Source: Eledone cirrhosa | Taxonomy: Eukaryota | NCBI GenBank assembly: GCA_964016885.1 | Contig: OZ024741.1 | Coordinates: 353,896,001-353,960,000, forward strand | DNA: 64,000 bases | Direction of reading: 5' to 3' | Shown here: positions 43,260 through 55,122 of the stretch, one piece after another | Position numbering within the stretch: the first letter of the stretch is position 1 | How the letters are laid out: each line of letters opens with the position of its first letter | Made by a program: the position numbers and the translations under genes | The notes under the pieces: model-generated | Seen by the model: the letters and a program-made list of their open reading frames with translations, nothing else | Told to the model about the DNA's origin: nothing | The model's database searches: none

Positions 43260-45782
43260 AAATTTCTTTATTAGCCACAAGGGCACAAAAGAAGGGGACA
43301 AATACAAATGGGGAGTTTACATACAGGTATATGAAAATAAAACTATTAATACAATAACAAATAACAATTTAAATCCCCAATAGGGGGGGGGTGTTACACA
43401 GCGGTTGTACACACCCCGAAAAAAATGTACAACCCTCATCTCCAGGAGCACTAAGAGTGAGTACTCCCTTCCTCTCTTCCTCTTTTCCTCAACCTACAGG
43501 CTTATATAGAGAGAAGGCCCAACCACTCGGACCATCTTTGCCACATTCACCCACCTTTCATAAAATTTGCTGGGGTACAGCACCTCTCGCTCCATCCTGA
43601 TTCTTCTTCCAAAATGATATTTGAGAAAACGAATCAGTTGCTCGCCGGAGAGAAAGGTGTCTGACCTCAGCCCTTTTAACCTCGTCCACCATATAACCTC
43701 TTTCACCATAGCCATAACACATAGGAAAACCGCCTCTCCCTCGTTTTTGAAGGAGGGTGGCGGTTTGATCATGACAATGGACTCGGTGGTCAACTGGATT
43801 GGTCCCACCCGCGACAATAGTCGTTCTACAGGTCGGTAACGCCCGGGCAGTGTACAAATGCGTGTGCGACGGTTTCCTCGTCGCGCACGCATCTCGGACA
43901 GATCTTTTTCGAAGGGGCCCTACCCGGGCGCCCGTGTCTGTAGAGCTTGTCTCGAACTGGTAGAGCTCCTCGGTAGCACTGCCAGGCCAGGGACTTTTGG
44001 AAGTTGTCCATTGGTCCCGGGCGGAAGGTCCTACCGAACAGACTGGTCAGTTCATCCTCCTCTACGCCCAGAGTTTCTCCGAGCGTGTCGTCGCACTTGC
44101 TGCGGACCAACCCTCTATAGAATGTCGAAGTGGAGTCTCCACTGATCGCCGGGTCCGTTTGCCAGAGGACTGTGAGCGCCTGAGCACATTCGATATGCCA
44201 GTCGCCCATTTTCCTCGGTCTTTGCTTGACCCAGGTATGCAGCTCGGTTAGCGAGTCGAGTCGTGGGAAGGTTCGCCTCACGAACGGGGCCCACACCGGT
44301 TCTCTAGTGGGGAATACGTGGAGGTGCCGCAGCCTGAGCGCGTGTTTGCGCATCGTCAGCCACGACATCCCCAGCCCTCCGTTTGAAGGGTGTTGGCAGC
44401 AGATGGATCTTCTCATCAAAGGAGCCCGTTTCTTCCAAAGGAATTGGAAGAGCGCGAGCTCCATTTTGGTGAGCGTTTTGGCTGGACAAGGCCCGGCGGT
44501 CAAGCGGTAGTAGATGACGGACGCTATAAAAGTGTTCGCCACCTCCGCTCGACCTTTCAAGGATAGTTTGCACTCGGCCCACTTCTGGGTGAGCGCAAAT
44601 ACCTTGGCCGTCACCTCGTTCCAGTTCTTCTCCACCTGGAGGTCTGGACCAAACCAGACCCCGAGCAACTTTACCGGTCCTTCCGTCCAACGTCCGACGA
44701 CGTCATCGAAAGGCATCGGTTTGCCTCTCCACGTGCCGAGTTGCAAACCAACGGATTTGTCCCGGTTCAGCTTCGCTCCTGTGAACTTTTCGTATTCCTC
44801 CAATAAGATGCCGATCTCCCCGATTTGCGAGGTGCTCGACACCATTAATGTCATGTCGTCGGCGTAGACCGATGCCGCTTTTCGCAGTCCACGTTCCAAA
44901 GGGATGCTCTACAATAGCTCCAACTTCCGCAGTAGGGGCTCGAGAGTCAGTACGTACAGAAGGGAGGAGAGAGGGCATCCCTGTCGGATGGATCGCGTGA
45001 TATGGAACGACTCCGGGGGTAGCCGTTCACCTTGACCCTTGAGCAGATGTTGCTGTTGTGCATTGCAGCAATCCAGCCCCTGAACACGGGACCAAAGCCT
45101 GTCGCATCGAACACCGCATCCAGGTAACGATGGTCAACCCTATCGAAAGCCTTAGACTGATCCAAGTTGATCAGGGCCCCACCGAAGCCGGGTTTACACC
45201 CTACCCTCTCTATGATGTACCGCATGAGGTGGAGGTTGTCGTGTATGGACCTGGTCGGTATTGCGCATGTCTGCGCTTTTCCCACCAGGTTCTCGACGAC
45301 AAGCGCCAGCCTCTTTGCCAACACCTTGGCCAAAATCTGTAACTCTGTGTTGAGCAGAGTTATGGGCCGGAAGTTGCCTATGTCATCCCCCTTGTTCTCG
45401 TCCTTCCTGACTAACGTGACTACGCCCTTGGTCACAGAACTGGGAATTCTCCCGTTCTGCTGCCAGTTGCAGTAGACCGCTTCCAGGAGACCGGAGAACA
45501 AGTCCGGCATTGCTACGTAAAATTCGTAGGGTAGACCGTCGAGACCTGGAGATTTGCGTTTGCCGCATTGGCTCAGCGCGTCCCCCATCTCAGCGGCCGA
45601 AATCGGCCTTTCGCAGAACTTCGCCTCGCTGTCCGAGAGTCGCGGTAGGCCGTCGAGGTATGAACCGAAATCCATAGCCCCTCTCGGCGCGCCGCCCTAC
45701 CCGAATAGTTGAGCAATGTGCTGCTGAAAGGCCGCGCACATTTGCTTCGGCTCACGTATCACGCGTCCGTCTTGGTCCTTCA
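43260..45782 (-). mobile_element. Tx1-like LINE copy T9, 5'-truncated, frameshifted ORF2
   Basis: ORF pieces 44947-45675, 43826-44899 and 43494-43892. GATA tracts at 43219-43259 and 45783-45800. Confidence 0.93.
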
Positions 45783-46017
45783 TAGATAGATAAATAGATA
45801 TATTTCTTTATTTACCATAAAGGCATAAAAAGAAGCGACAAATACAAAGGGGGAGTTTACATACAATCGAGTAAAAAGGGTATAACATGAAAATAATCGA
45901 AAATAACCTCAAAAGGGAGGGGACGTGATGGGGGTTGCACACACCCCCGAAAAAGTGTGCAATCCTTTGCCCGGGGAGCACATGGAGAAGGTGCTCCCCT
46001 CTCCTTTACTTCTTTAC

Positions 46018-49000
46018 CTACAGGATGGTATACAGAGAAGGCCCATTTTCACGAGCCATTCTCGCCACTATCACCCACCTTTCATAAAACTGCCTGTGGC
46101 CAAGCACCTCTCTCTCCATTCTTATCCTTCTTCCGAAGTGATATCGGAAGAAGTAGACCAGACTATGGCCAGAGAGGAAGTTGCCTGACCTCAGACCTTT
46201 CAATCGTGTCCACCAAACAACCTCTTTCAACATGGCTATTACGCACAGAAAAACCGCCTTTGCTTCCTTTGTGAAGAGGGGAGGCGGTTTGATTGTCATC
46301 ACGGACTCGGCGGTCAATTGAATCGGCGCCACCCGCGACAGCAGTCGTTCGGCGTAGCCCCACAGATCAGCCACGCCCGGACATTGCACCAATGCGTGCG
46401 CAACGGTTTCTTCGTGACGCACGCATCTAGGGCAAATCTTTTTTGAAGGATCCCTGCCCGGGCGCCCGTGTCTGTAGAGCCTCTCTCGAACGGGTAGAGC
46501 CCCTCGGTAGCACTGCCAGGCCAGTGACTTCTGGAAGTTGTCCATTGGTCCTGGGCCGAAAGTCCTACCGAACAGGCTGACCAGTTCGTCTTCTTCCATG
46601 TCCAGCGACTCTCCAAGGGTGTCATCGCCCCTGCTAGCCACCAGCCCTCTATAGAATGATGAGGTGGATTCTCCACCGATGGCCTGGCCCGCTTGCCAGA
46701 GAGCCCTGAGCGCCTGAGCACACTCAGTGTGCCAGTCTCCCAGTTTTCCGGATCTTTGCTTGACCCAGGACTGTAACTCGGTGAGCGAGACGAGTCTCGG
46801 AAAGACTCGTTTCACGAACGGAGCCCACACCGGTTGACCAGTGAGGAATACCTGTAGGTGCCGTAGCCTTAATGCGTGCCTACGCATCATCAACCACGGC
46901 ATCCCCAGCCCTCCTTTCGGAGGTTGTTGGCAGCAGATGGATCTTCTCACCATAGGAGGGCGCTTCTTCCAAAGAAATTGGAAGAGCATGCGTTCCATGG
47001 TGGTGAGTGTTTCCTTAGGGCAAGGCACGACAGTCAGGCGGTAGTAAGTGACGGACGCTATGTAAATGTTCGCCACCTCCGCCCGGCCTTTTAGGGACAG
47101 CTTACACTTGGCCCATTTCTGGGTTAGTGCAAACACCTTGTTCGTAACCTCGTTCCAGTTCTTTTCCACCTGGAGGTCCAGTCCAAACCAGACCCCAAGC
47201 AACTTTACCGGGCCCTCCGTCCAGTGTCCGACGACACCGTCGGGAGGCATTGGTCTGCCTCTCCACGTTCCGAGTTGCAGCCCGATGGATTTTTCCCGGT
47301 TCAGTTTCGCTCCTGACAACCTTTCGTAATCCTCCAGTAAGGTACCGATCGCCTCGATCTCCGAGTCGGTCGATACCATTACTGTTACGTCATCGGCGTA
47401 GGCCGACACCGCTTTGCTCAATCCTGGTTCCAGGGGGATACCCTGCAACAACTCCAACTTCCTCAGTAAAGGCTCGAGAGTCAATACGTACAGAAGGGAG
47501 GAGAGAGGGCACCCCTGTCGAATGGATCGTGTGATTTCGAACGGCTTCGAAAGGTAGCCGTTCACCTTGATCCTAGAACAGATGTGGTTGCTATGTAAGG
47601 CAGTGATCCAGCCTCTGAAAACAGGACCGAACCCAGCCGCCGCTAGCACCGCATCCAGGTAACCATGGTCGACCCTATCGAAGGCCTTAGACTGATCCAA
47701 GTTGATCAGGGCCCCACCGAAGCCGGGTTTGTTGCCAACCCTCTCTATGATGTATCGCATGAGGTGGAGGTTATCGTGAATGGACCTGGATGGGATAGCA
47801 CATGTCTGCGCATCTCCCACCAGGCCACCCACGACAAGCGCCAACCTCTTTGCTAACACCTTGGCCAAAATCTTTAACTCTGTGTTTAGCAGGGTTATGG
47901 GCCGAAAATTATTTATACTATCTCCCTTGTTCTCGTCCTTCCTCACCAGCGTGACTACGCCCTTGGCTACAGAACAAGGAATTCTCCCGTTCTGCTGCCA
48001 ATTGCAGGAGACCGCTTCGAGGAGTTCGGAGAAGAAGACCGGCATTGCTAAATAAAGTTCGTAAGGTATACCATCGAGACCTGGAGATTTGCGTCTGCTG
48101 CATTGGCTCAGCGCATCTCCGATCTCATCAGCCGAGATTGGTCCCTCGCAGGACTCTGCCTCTTCGCTCGAGAGACGCGGCAGGCCGTCGAGGTATGGAC
48201 CGAAATCCACGTCCCCGCCCGGACCCTCGCCTCCCCCGAACAATCGGGCAAAGTGCCTTTGAAAGGCCTCGCACATCTGCTTAGGCTCCCGGATCACCCG
48301 TCCATCTTCGTCTTGCAACGACCGGATGGTGGATCGATTTCCACTCTTAGCTTCTGTCACGCGGGCCCATCCAACGGCTTTGGCCCCCTCATTACCTAGA
48401 GCACGTATTTTACTTCGAATGACGCAGCCTTCGTGCTTTGCATCGAAAAACTGGTTCAAGGCCGTCCTCGATGCCAGCACTCTGGCCACATCTTCGCTCT
48501 TGATTGCCTCTTCTAATTTACCTGTTAATTCTTTCTCGTTTCTATTCCTATCGGCAGCTAACATCTTGCTATAACTTATTGATTCTGTTTTAATCTCTCT
48601 TTTGAGAGATGCCCACCATCGGTTGTTGACGATTGCACCCGTCAACCTCTCCTTAACTAATCTGCTAATCCGGTTTCTGTAAGTCTCTTTTGCCGGTAAA
48701 GACAAATTAAGTTTCCAGTAACCGGGACCCTGTTTATGTGTTTTCTCGAGATTGACTGCGCAGGTCACTAATTTATGATCTGTGTAGCCAACCGTGCGCA
48801 TTTCTGGACAGCTTAATATGTCCCTATCCTTACTTCTAACTAAGAATCTATCTAAGTACGATCTAGATTGACCACTGTGGTTTCTCCAAGTCCAGGTAGG
48901 CACAGTTGGAAAATCTAGTCGATATCTATCGACCAAGTTAAAACGGTCGAGTAACCCCTTGAGGCTGTTACACCCCCTCTATTAGGACATGCTCCTGCAT

Positions 49001-49454
49001 AGTCCCAACGTGCATCTAGGATGTCATTCCAATCCCTCGCTAGAAGCAGGGAACGCGACGTTCCCAGAAAAGTCTCTAAACGCTGGAAGAAGTCGGGCCG
49101 TTCAGCTCCGAAAGGGGAGTAGACGGCGACCAGTCTTAAGGCCGCACCTTCACTACTACCAACGTCTAGCACCAACAAACGACCCTCCGGGTCCGAGTGC
49201 ACAACCTGTACGGCAAGACCCAGGTGTTTTTGCAGCAGTACGACAACCCCACCCCCACCTCCAGGTTGACAGAGAGATGCATGCACCTCGAAGTCATCGA
49301 AGGTAGGGGCCAGCTGCCGCACGACGCTGATCCAAGTCTCACAGATAACCATTACATTTATACCACATGACCTGAGGTCATTTAGAAGCTTTGCTTGCTT
49401 CCAAGTTGAGCCCAGGCCACGTGCATTTAAACATCCTACTCTTAACACATCCAT
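46018..49454 (-). CDS. Tx1 ORF2 (APE endonuclease, reverse transcriptase, zinc finger) with one frameshift in a homopolymer at ~48973
   Basis: ORFs 48915-49454 (MDVLRVGCLNARGL..DWND) and 46018-48936 (SYLDRF, TDHK, QGCPLS, YADD, CPRC). Confidence 0.92.
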
Positions 49455-49487
49455 GTGGGCGGCAGAGCCAAAAGAGAGTGTAGAGAC

Positions 49488-51389
49488 CTACCTTTCCGCT
49501 TCCCGGGGTTCGGGTCGCACGACTTCCATGGGGTCGGGGGTGTTGGGTGAAGGGGTGTCTTGTGGTGGTGTGGGGTCGTCAGTGTGTGGTGGGGTTGGGG
49601 TGTTTGGAGTTGTGTTGGGGATGGGAAGGGGAGGGGGAAAGCTTTTTAGTAGGACGCGGTTTATAGGTTTGACAGAGGGTGGTCCTACGTCCTCCTTAAA
49701 ATCCTTTTTTAGTTTTTGGTAGAGGTTCATTGGGATCTTTATTAATTTTAAATGTGGGTAGTTTTCTGAAGAAACAAAGTTTACACCTTCGGTTTGTACC
49801 GAAGGATTATTGTATATGAGTTCATTTAATTTATTATTGTTTCTGTTGATGTAAGTATAGTGTAATGTCTTTTTTTCGGATGGTGTGAGTGTTTCGAAGA
49901 GGGGAGGGGCAGGTTTGGTTTTGTTTGTTGCTGGAGGGGTGTTTTCTGTTTTGTTGGATTGTGTTGAGATTTGGGTGGGGGTTGTTTGGTCTTGTGTGTT
50001 TTGCACATATTTTCTTTTTTTCCTTTTAATCTGTCTGAAGGACTCCGTTTCTTCCTCCGAATTCGTTGGGTTATCTTCAGTGTTGGAGGGAAGAGGTATG
50101 TTTGCTGGTAATGTTTCCGTGTTGGTTTTCTTTGTGGGGGAGATGGATGTCACTATGTTAGACTGTGTTGTGTGTTGTGTCTGCGGTGGTTGTGTTGTTT
50201 TTTTGAGTGAGGGGTTGGGTGGGCCTGTATTTTGTTTTGGGGTAATGTGTTGTGACTGTTTGTGTTGTGGTGGTGGTGTGGTTTTACTGAGGGACGGGTT
50301 GGGTGGGACTGAGTTTTGTTGTTTGTTTATCTGTTGTGGTGGTGGTGGTGGAGCTGGTGTTGGTAGCAGGGTTTTCTTTTTGTTGAGTTGGGGACAAGCG
50401 GCCTTCAGGTGCCCTCTGCCTGCACAGATATGACAGGACGGCCTTCTCCCCTCCACGCTAATGTTTATATACCCGTGGCCCTCTAATAGGATTCTGTCGG
50501 GTATTTGGACGATGCGTTCAGGCTTCATTTGCACTACCAGCTCTATACCTGTTCCACTGAACGCATTGCCTGTGGTTTTCCCAATGGAAATCACGTTGTC
50601 ATTCACTGGATCGATGAAGCCAGCTATGAGCCAGCAGTAGTCCACATCTGGCATCATTGCATCCAGCCATATGCGTTGAGTTCTTTTACCCATATAAGTT
50701 GGATAAAAGGTAAAATTTTTCGAACGAATCGGTGACAAAGCACATTTTTTTGCCGCCGATTCGTTCTTCATGATAATTGCTAGGCTTCCATACAGTCTGT
50801 CTTTTCTTATGAAAGTGGTTTCATTAAGTACTTCTGTGAGTACTGTTTTGATATCTGCTTGAGAAGGCTGTTCAGGTTTTTTTGAAGTGTTGTTGATGGT
50901 GCGGAACACGACCGTTCGACTTTCAATGTCTTTGGTGAGTTCTTGAGGCATTTTTACCGATAAAATACCATTCTCTCCTTCACTTATGTATTGTTTGGCG
51001 TCTGTGATTCTTCGTGCCACATCTGAAATATTTTCGGGTATATATGTCAAAGATTTCTTTGTTGTTTGTGCAAATGAAATCTTGACTCTGTCGTCTGCTT
51101 TGCTTTCTGTTATGGTGTTATTTTCAAATGTTATTTTTGTGTTTGTTGTGTCTTTGTTTGTGGTATTAGTATTGTCATGCAATTTTTCAAATTTTTTTTT
51201 TTCGTTGTTGGAATCCATGTCCAGATTTGTGTTTTCGTCATTTTTCTCCGCAGATTCGTCTGTTTTTATTTTAATTTTTCCTTCCTTCTCTATGACATTA
51301 GTTGGGAAGGAAGGGGGGACTAAAGCGTGCGAGCTTACAACTCTTACCGCTGTCCCCCCACCACTATTTTCGTTCGCTTCGTTTAACAT
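49488..51389 (-). CDS. Tx1 ORF1, gag-like zinc-knuckle protein
   Basis: CHICAGRGHLKAAC, homologous to the T8 ORF1 (KDRLYGS, YMGKRTQR, QMKPERI). First ATG at 51389. Confidence 0.9.
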   Translation of the reverse strand: MLNEANENSGGGTAVRVVSSHALVPPSFPTNVIEKEGKIKIKTDESAEKNDENTNLDMDSNNEKKKFEKLHDNTNTTNKDTTNTKITFENNTITESKADDRVKISFAQTTKKSLTYIPENISDVARRITDAKQYISEGENGILSVKMPQELTKDIESRTVVFRTINNTSKKPEQPSQADIKTVLTEVLNETTFIRKDRLYGSLAIIMKNESAAKKCALSPIRSKNFTFYPTYMGKRTQRIWLDAMMPDVDYCWLIAGFIDPVNDNVISIGKTTGNAFSGTGIELVVQMKPERIVQIPDRILLEGHGYINISVEGRRPSCHICAGRGHLKAACPQLNKKKTLLPTPAPPPPPQQINKQQNSVPPNPSLSKTTPPPQHKQSQHITPKQNTGPPNPSLKKTTQPPQTQHTTQSNIVTSISPTKKTNTETLPANIPLPSNTEDNPTNSEEETESFRQIKRKKRKYVQNTQDQTTPTQISTQSNKTENTPPATNKTKPAPPLFETLTPSEKKTLHYTYINRNNNKLNELIYNNPSVQTEGVNFVSSENYPHLKLIKIPMNLYQKLKKDFKEDVGPPSVKPINRVLLKSFPPPLPIPNTTPNTPTPPHTDDPTPPQDTPSPNTPDPMEVVRPEPREAER

Positions 51390-51624
51390 TTCTGTCAGAC
51401 GATTGAAATTTTTTTTTGCCACAAAATTTTTTAAAACAGGTTTTTCACCTCTAGGAGGGGTAAAGATGAGCTGACCCACCGCCTGACAGTTCAGGCGGGG
51501 GGTCAAGCTACACAATAGTATCAAAATTAAATTTGAACTCACAAAATTTCCGCAATAAATTTGAACAAAACTTCTGCGCGAAGTGAATTACATCCACACT
51601 GTAGAACAGACGACAGCTAGATCA

Positions 51625-51710
<86 letters not shown>

Positions 51711-52005
51711 CCCAGGTAGGCGGAATAAGGGTGTAAGATGATTTATCAATTGGTAAGATAGAGGATATATTTGATATATTTAATTTATAGACGTTGCGGG
51801 AAGCATTAGAAACTTTGAACAGACATCCATTTATCCTGCAGTATTTTCCATACATACATACAATTATAGAGAGAGAGTGGGGGGAGAGAAAGATAGAGAA
51901 AGAGAGGGGGGAGAAAGGTAGAGAAAGAGAGAGAGAGATTGACAGACAGATAAATATACACATACATATATACTCAAACATTCATACTCACATCTCTCTC
52001 TCCCC

Positions 52006-52098
<93 letters not shown>

Positions 52099-52204
52099 TT
52101 CATTAGTTAAGCAAAACAAGACCACAAATTTCACAAGGAAGACATTATTAAAAGATTGTCAACATATTTTAGTTTGATGTAAGGAATGTAGAGAATAATA
52201 ATAA

Positions 52205-52625
52205 TATTAATAATAATTGTTTCTACTTTAGGCACAAGGCCAGCAAATACCCAGTGCATTACTGGTACTTTGTTTTATCGACCCCGTAAGGATGAAAGGC
52301 AAAGTCAACCTCGGCGGGATTTGAACTCAGATCGTAAAATTAATAATAATTGTTTCTACTTTAGGCACAAGGCCAGCAATTACCCAGTGCATTACTGGTA
52401 CTTTATTTTATCGACCCCGTAAGGATGAAAGGCAAAGTCAACCTCGGCGGGATTTGAACTCAGATCGTAAAGGGACGTAACTATGCTGGAAAGCATGGCG
52501 TCCGACCCTCTACCGATACTGCCAATCCACCGCCAAATAATAATTGTTTCTACTTTTGGCACAAGGCCAGCAATTACCCAGTGTATTACTGGTACTTTAT
52601 TTTATCGACCGCCAAATAATAATAA
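52205..52625 (-). mobile_element. Three head-to-tail copies of the tRNA-type SINE (one full, two truncated) separated by (AAT)n
   Basis: TTGTTTCTACTTT(A/T)GGCACAAGGCCAGCAA..CTGGTACTTT repeated at ~52217, 52350 and 52543. Confidence 0.8.
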
Positions 52626-53061
52626 TGTCCGTTTACAATTGTTTCGCTACTCCATATAATATTTCTGGATCAGATGACTATATATCATTATTGATCTGGT
52701 TCAGTTGAAAATAATTAACACATTTAAGATTGGTTACTCTTGAACTGTGTATATATATATATTTATTTATTTATCTATTTATACGTAAATACATACATAT
52801 ATACACACGTAAATACATACATATATACACACGTAAAAAGATACATATATACACACGCAAATATATACTTGTATACACACGCAAATATCTACTTGTATTG
52901 ATGTCTTTTAAGTCGATGTTCGTTGTTTTATGCATATATTAACGGTTATTTTTAACTACACATAAACATATGTATGTATATGTCAGTATGAGTGCGTTTC
53001 TATGTGTTTGCGCATGCATATATATATATATATACACACATATATATGTATGTATATATAT

Positions 53062-53096
<35 letters not shown>

Positions 53097-53097
<1 letters not shown>

Positions 53098-53238
53098 CGA
53101 GGGAAAAGTGGTAAGGAACCAGGTGGACCATAACGCACCAAAGTACCCAATACTTAGGGTAGTAGAGTGGGTAATAGGAGTAAGTAAGACCCCGACGGCT
53201 GAGCTCAAGCCGTTTCGACGGCTAATTCTGTACTCATA
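53097..53238 (-). repeat. Penelope pLTR-like fragment with a 5'-truncated hammerhead (53188-53238)
   Basis: Minus strand ..ATGA-GTACAGAATTAGCCGTC-GAAAC GGCT TGAGCTC AGCC GTC/GGGGTC. CTG and the 5' strand of stem I are replaced by (TA)n. Confidence 0.5.
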
Positions 53239-53363
53239 TATATATATATATATTATATATGTGTATATATATACATCTATACATACATATATATATATAC
53301 ACATATATATATATACATATATATATATATGCATATATATATATATATGTATGTGTGTGTGTA

Positions 53364-53409
<46 letters not shown>

Positions 53410-53804
53410 GGCGGGGTGATGAAACGCTGATCGCTTGTGTTCATGACAGTAATGTAACTGAAATTCGAAGTATTGACAAAAATGTCTTTTCCACCTTTTT
53501 CTCTCCAAAGCCCCATCTTTATTTAAATTATATTTTTTGTAGTTTCTTCCTGGAGTCAATGAGAGATAAACTATCCTTCTTCTCTTTCTCTTCCCCCTCC
53601 TCCTGCTGCTCTTTGTACTTTACCTCCTACTACCTTTATTTAACCTCCGCCTAGCACACCTTTCATTCATCTTCCTAGCTTCCTCCTACTCCTTGTTTAT
53701 CTCTTACATCGACTTTTGATTTTTTTTTCCTGGCTTTTTTTTTTCTCTTTCAGTTTGAACGTTATTTTATTTTATATACATATTTTTTACATATTTTTTT
53801 ACAT

Positions 53805-53810
53805 TATATG

Positions 53811-53879
<69 letters not shown>

Positions 53880-53882
53880 ATG

Positions 53883-53978
<96 letters not shown>

Positions 53979-54006
53979 TGTATGTATGTATGTATATATA
54001 TATATG

Positions 54007-54089
<83 letters not shown>

Positions 54090-54165
54090 ATGGATGTATG
54101 TATATATATATATATATATATGACCCTCCCAAAGTATAACAATATATATATATATATATATATAA
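53805..54165. repeat. (TA)n/(TG)n/(TATG)n compound microsatellite
   Basis: Direct reading. Confidence 0.93.
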
Positions 54166-54789
54166 TTTTTAATTCTAGTTTATCTTTCATTTTTTAAACA
54201 TTTTAAATTATTTTTTTCTTCTTTCTCCTTCGGTCTCAGCCTCTCTTTCGTTTACTCTCTCTCTCTTTCTCACTCTCCCTCTCTCTCTCACTCTCGCTCT
54301 CTTTCATGCACACACACACACTCTCTCTCTCTCTCCCTCTCTCTCTCTCTTTCCCTTCTGATATTTATTTATTTAAAATTCGATTCTCACTATTTGTTAC
54401 TTACTATCATGGTAAACTGGTTTTCTTTTTTACTCCGATTTATTCGTTCGCCAATTTTTTCTTTCATTTCCGCAGATGTCAGATTCAATTTTGTTTGTAT
54501 TATCATTGTTTTCGTGTTTTTATAATGTCTTATTTTGTTTCATATATTTTATAACCGCTTAACTGCATTTATTGTTTTTAGATTTTGAGTAGCACGGCGC
54601 AGATTCTGCGACAGCAAATAGTCACAAGAAATAACTGCCTTAGAAATCAACGAAGTAGCATGTATGTGGTTGTTTGACCTGTTTATAAACGTAGCCAAAT
54701 TTCTCTTAAATCTGCAACTTACCGGTTTAAAAATACGTATCTTGGGTAATTTATACCTGGTGGAAACCAGATTTAAAGAGAGAATATAA

Positions 54790-54895
54790 CTCCAGTACTG
54801 AACTGGTACTTTATTGATCGACCCTTGAAAAGATGAAAGGCAAAGTTGACTTCCACTAGATTTGAACTCAGAGCACACTGAGCCGGAACAAAAAA
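54790..54895 (-). mobile_element. SINE fragment
   Basis: CTGGTACTTTATTGATCGACCC..GATGAAAGGCAAAGTTGAC..ATTTGAACTCAG. Confidence 0.7.
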
Positions 54896-55122
54896 CTAGG
54901 GCATTTTTAATTCGACTCCCTTACAACTTTGATGGTTCACCGCCTGATAGATAAAGTGGGTGGTAGGTGGGGGGGGGGGGTGAACAATACACACTACCCA
55001 CAATCCAATTTTGTCAGCAAATACAAAAGAGTGTGACTGAGAAAGATAAAGAAAGGTGATTAATTTACTGTTGCCAAAAAATAATTTACAACTAACTAAA
55101 CGAAAGATTTGTTGAATTTTCA

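Larger units (their letters stand above)
45803..51620 (-). mobile_element. Tx1-like LINE copy T10, full length (~5.8 kb), near intact
   Basis: 5'UTR, open ORF1, ORF2 with a single frameshift, and 3'UTR. GATA tract 51625-51710. Confidence 0.96.

Noticed and set aside
49455-49490. Conserved stop-codon read-through from ORF1 to ORF2
   Set aside because: The spacer is in frame only in T10; T4 and T8 are out of frame.
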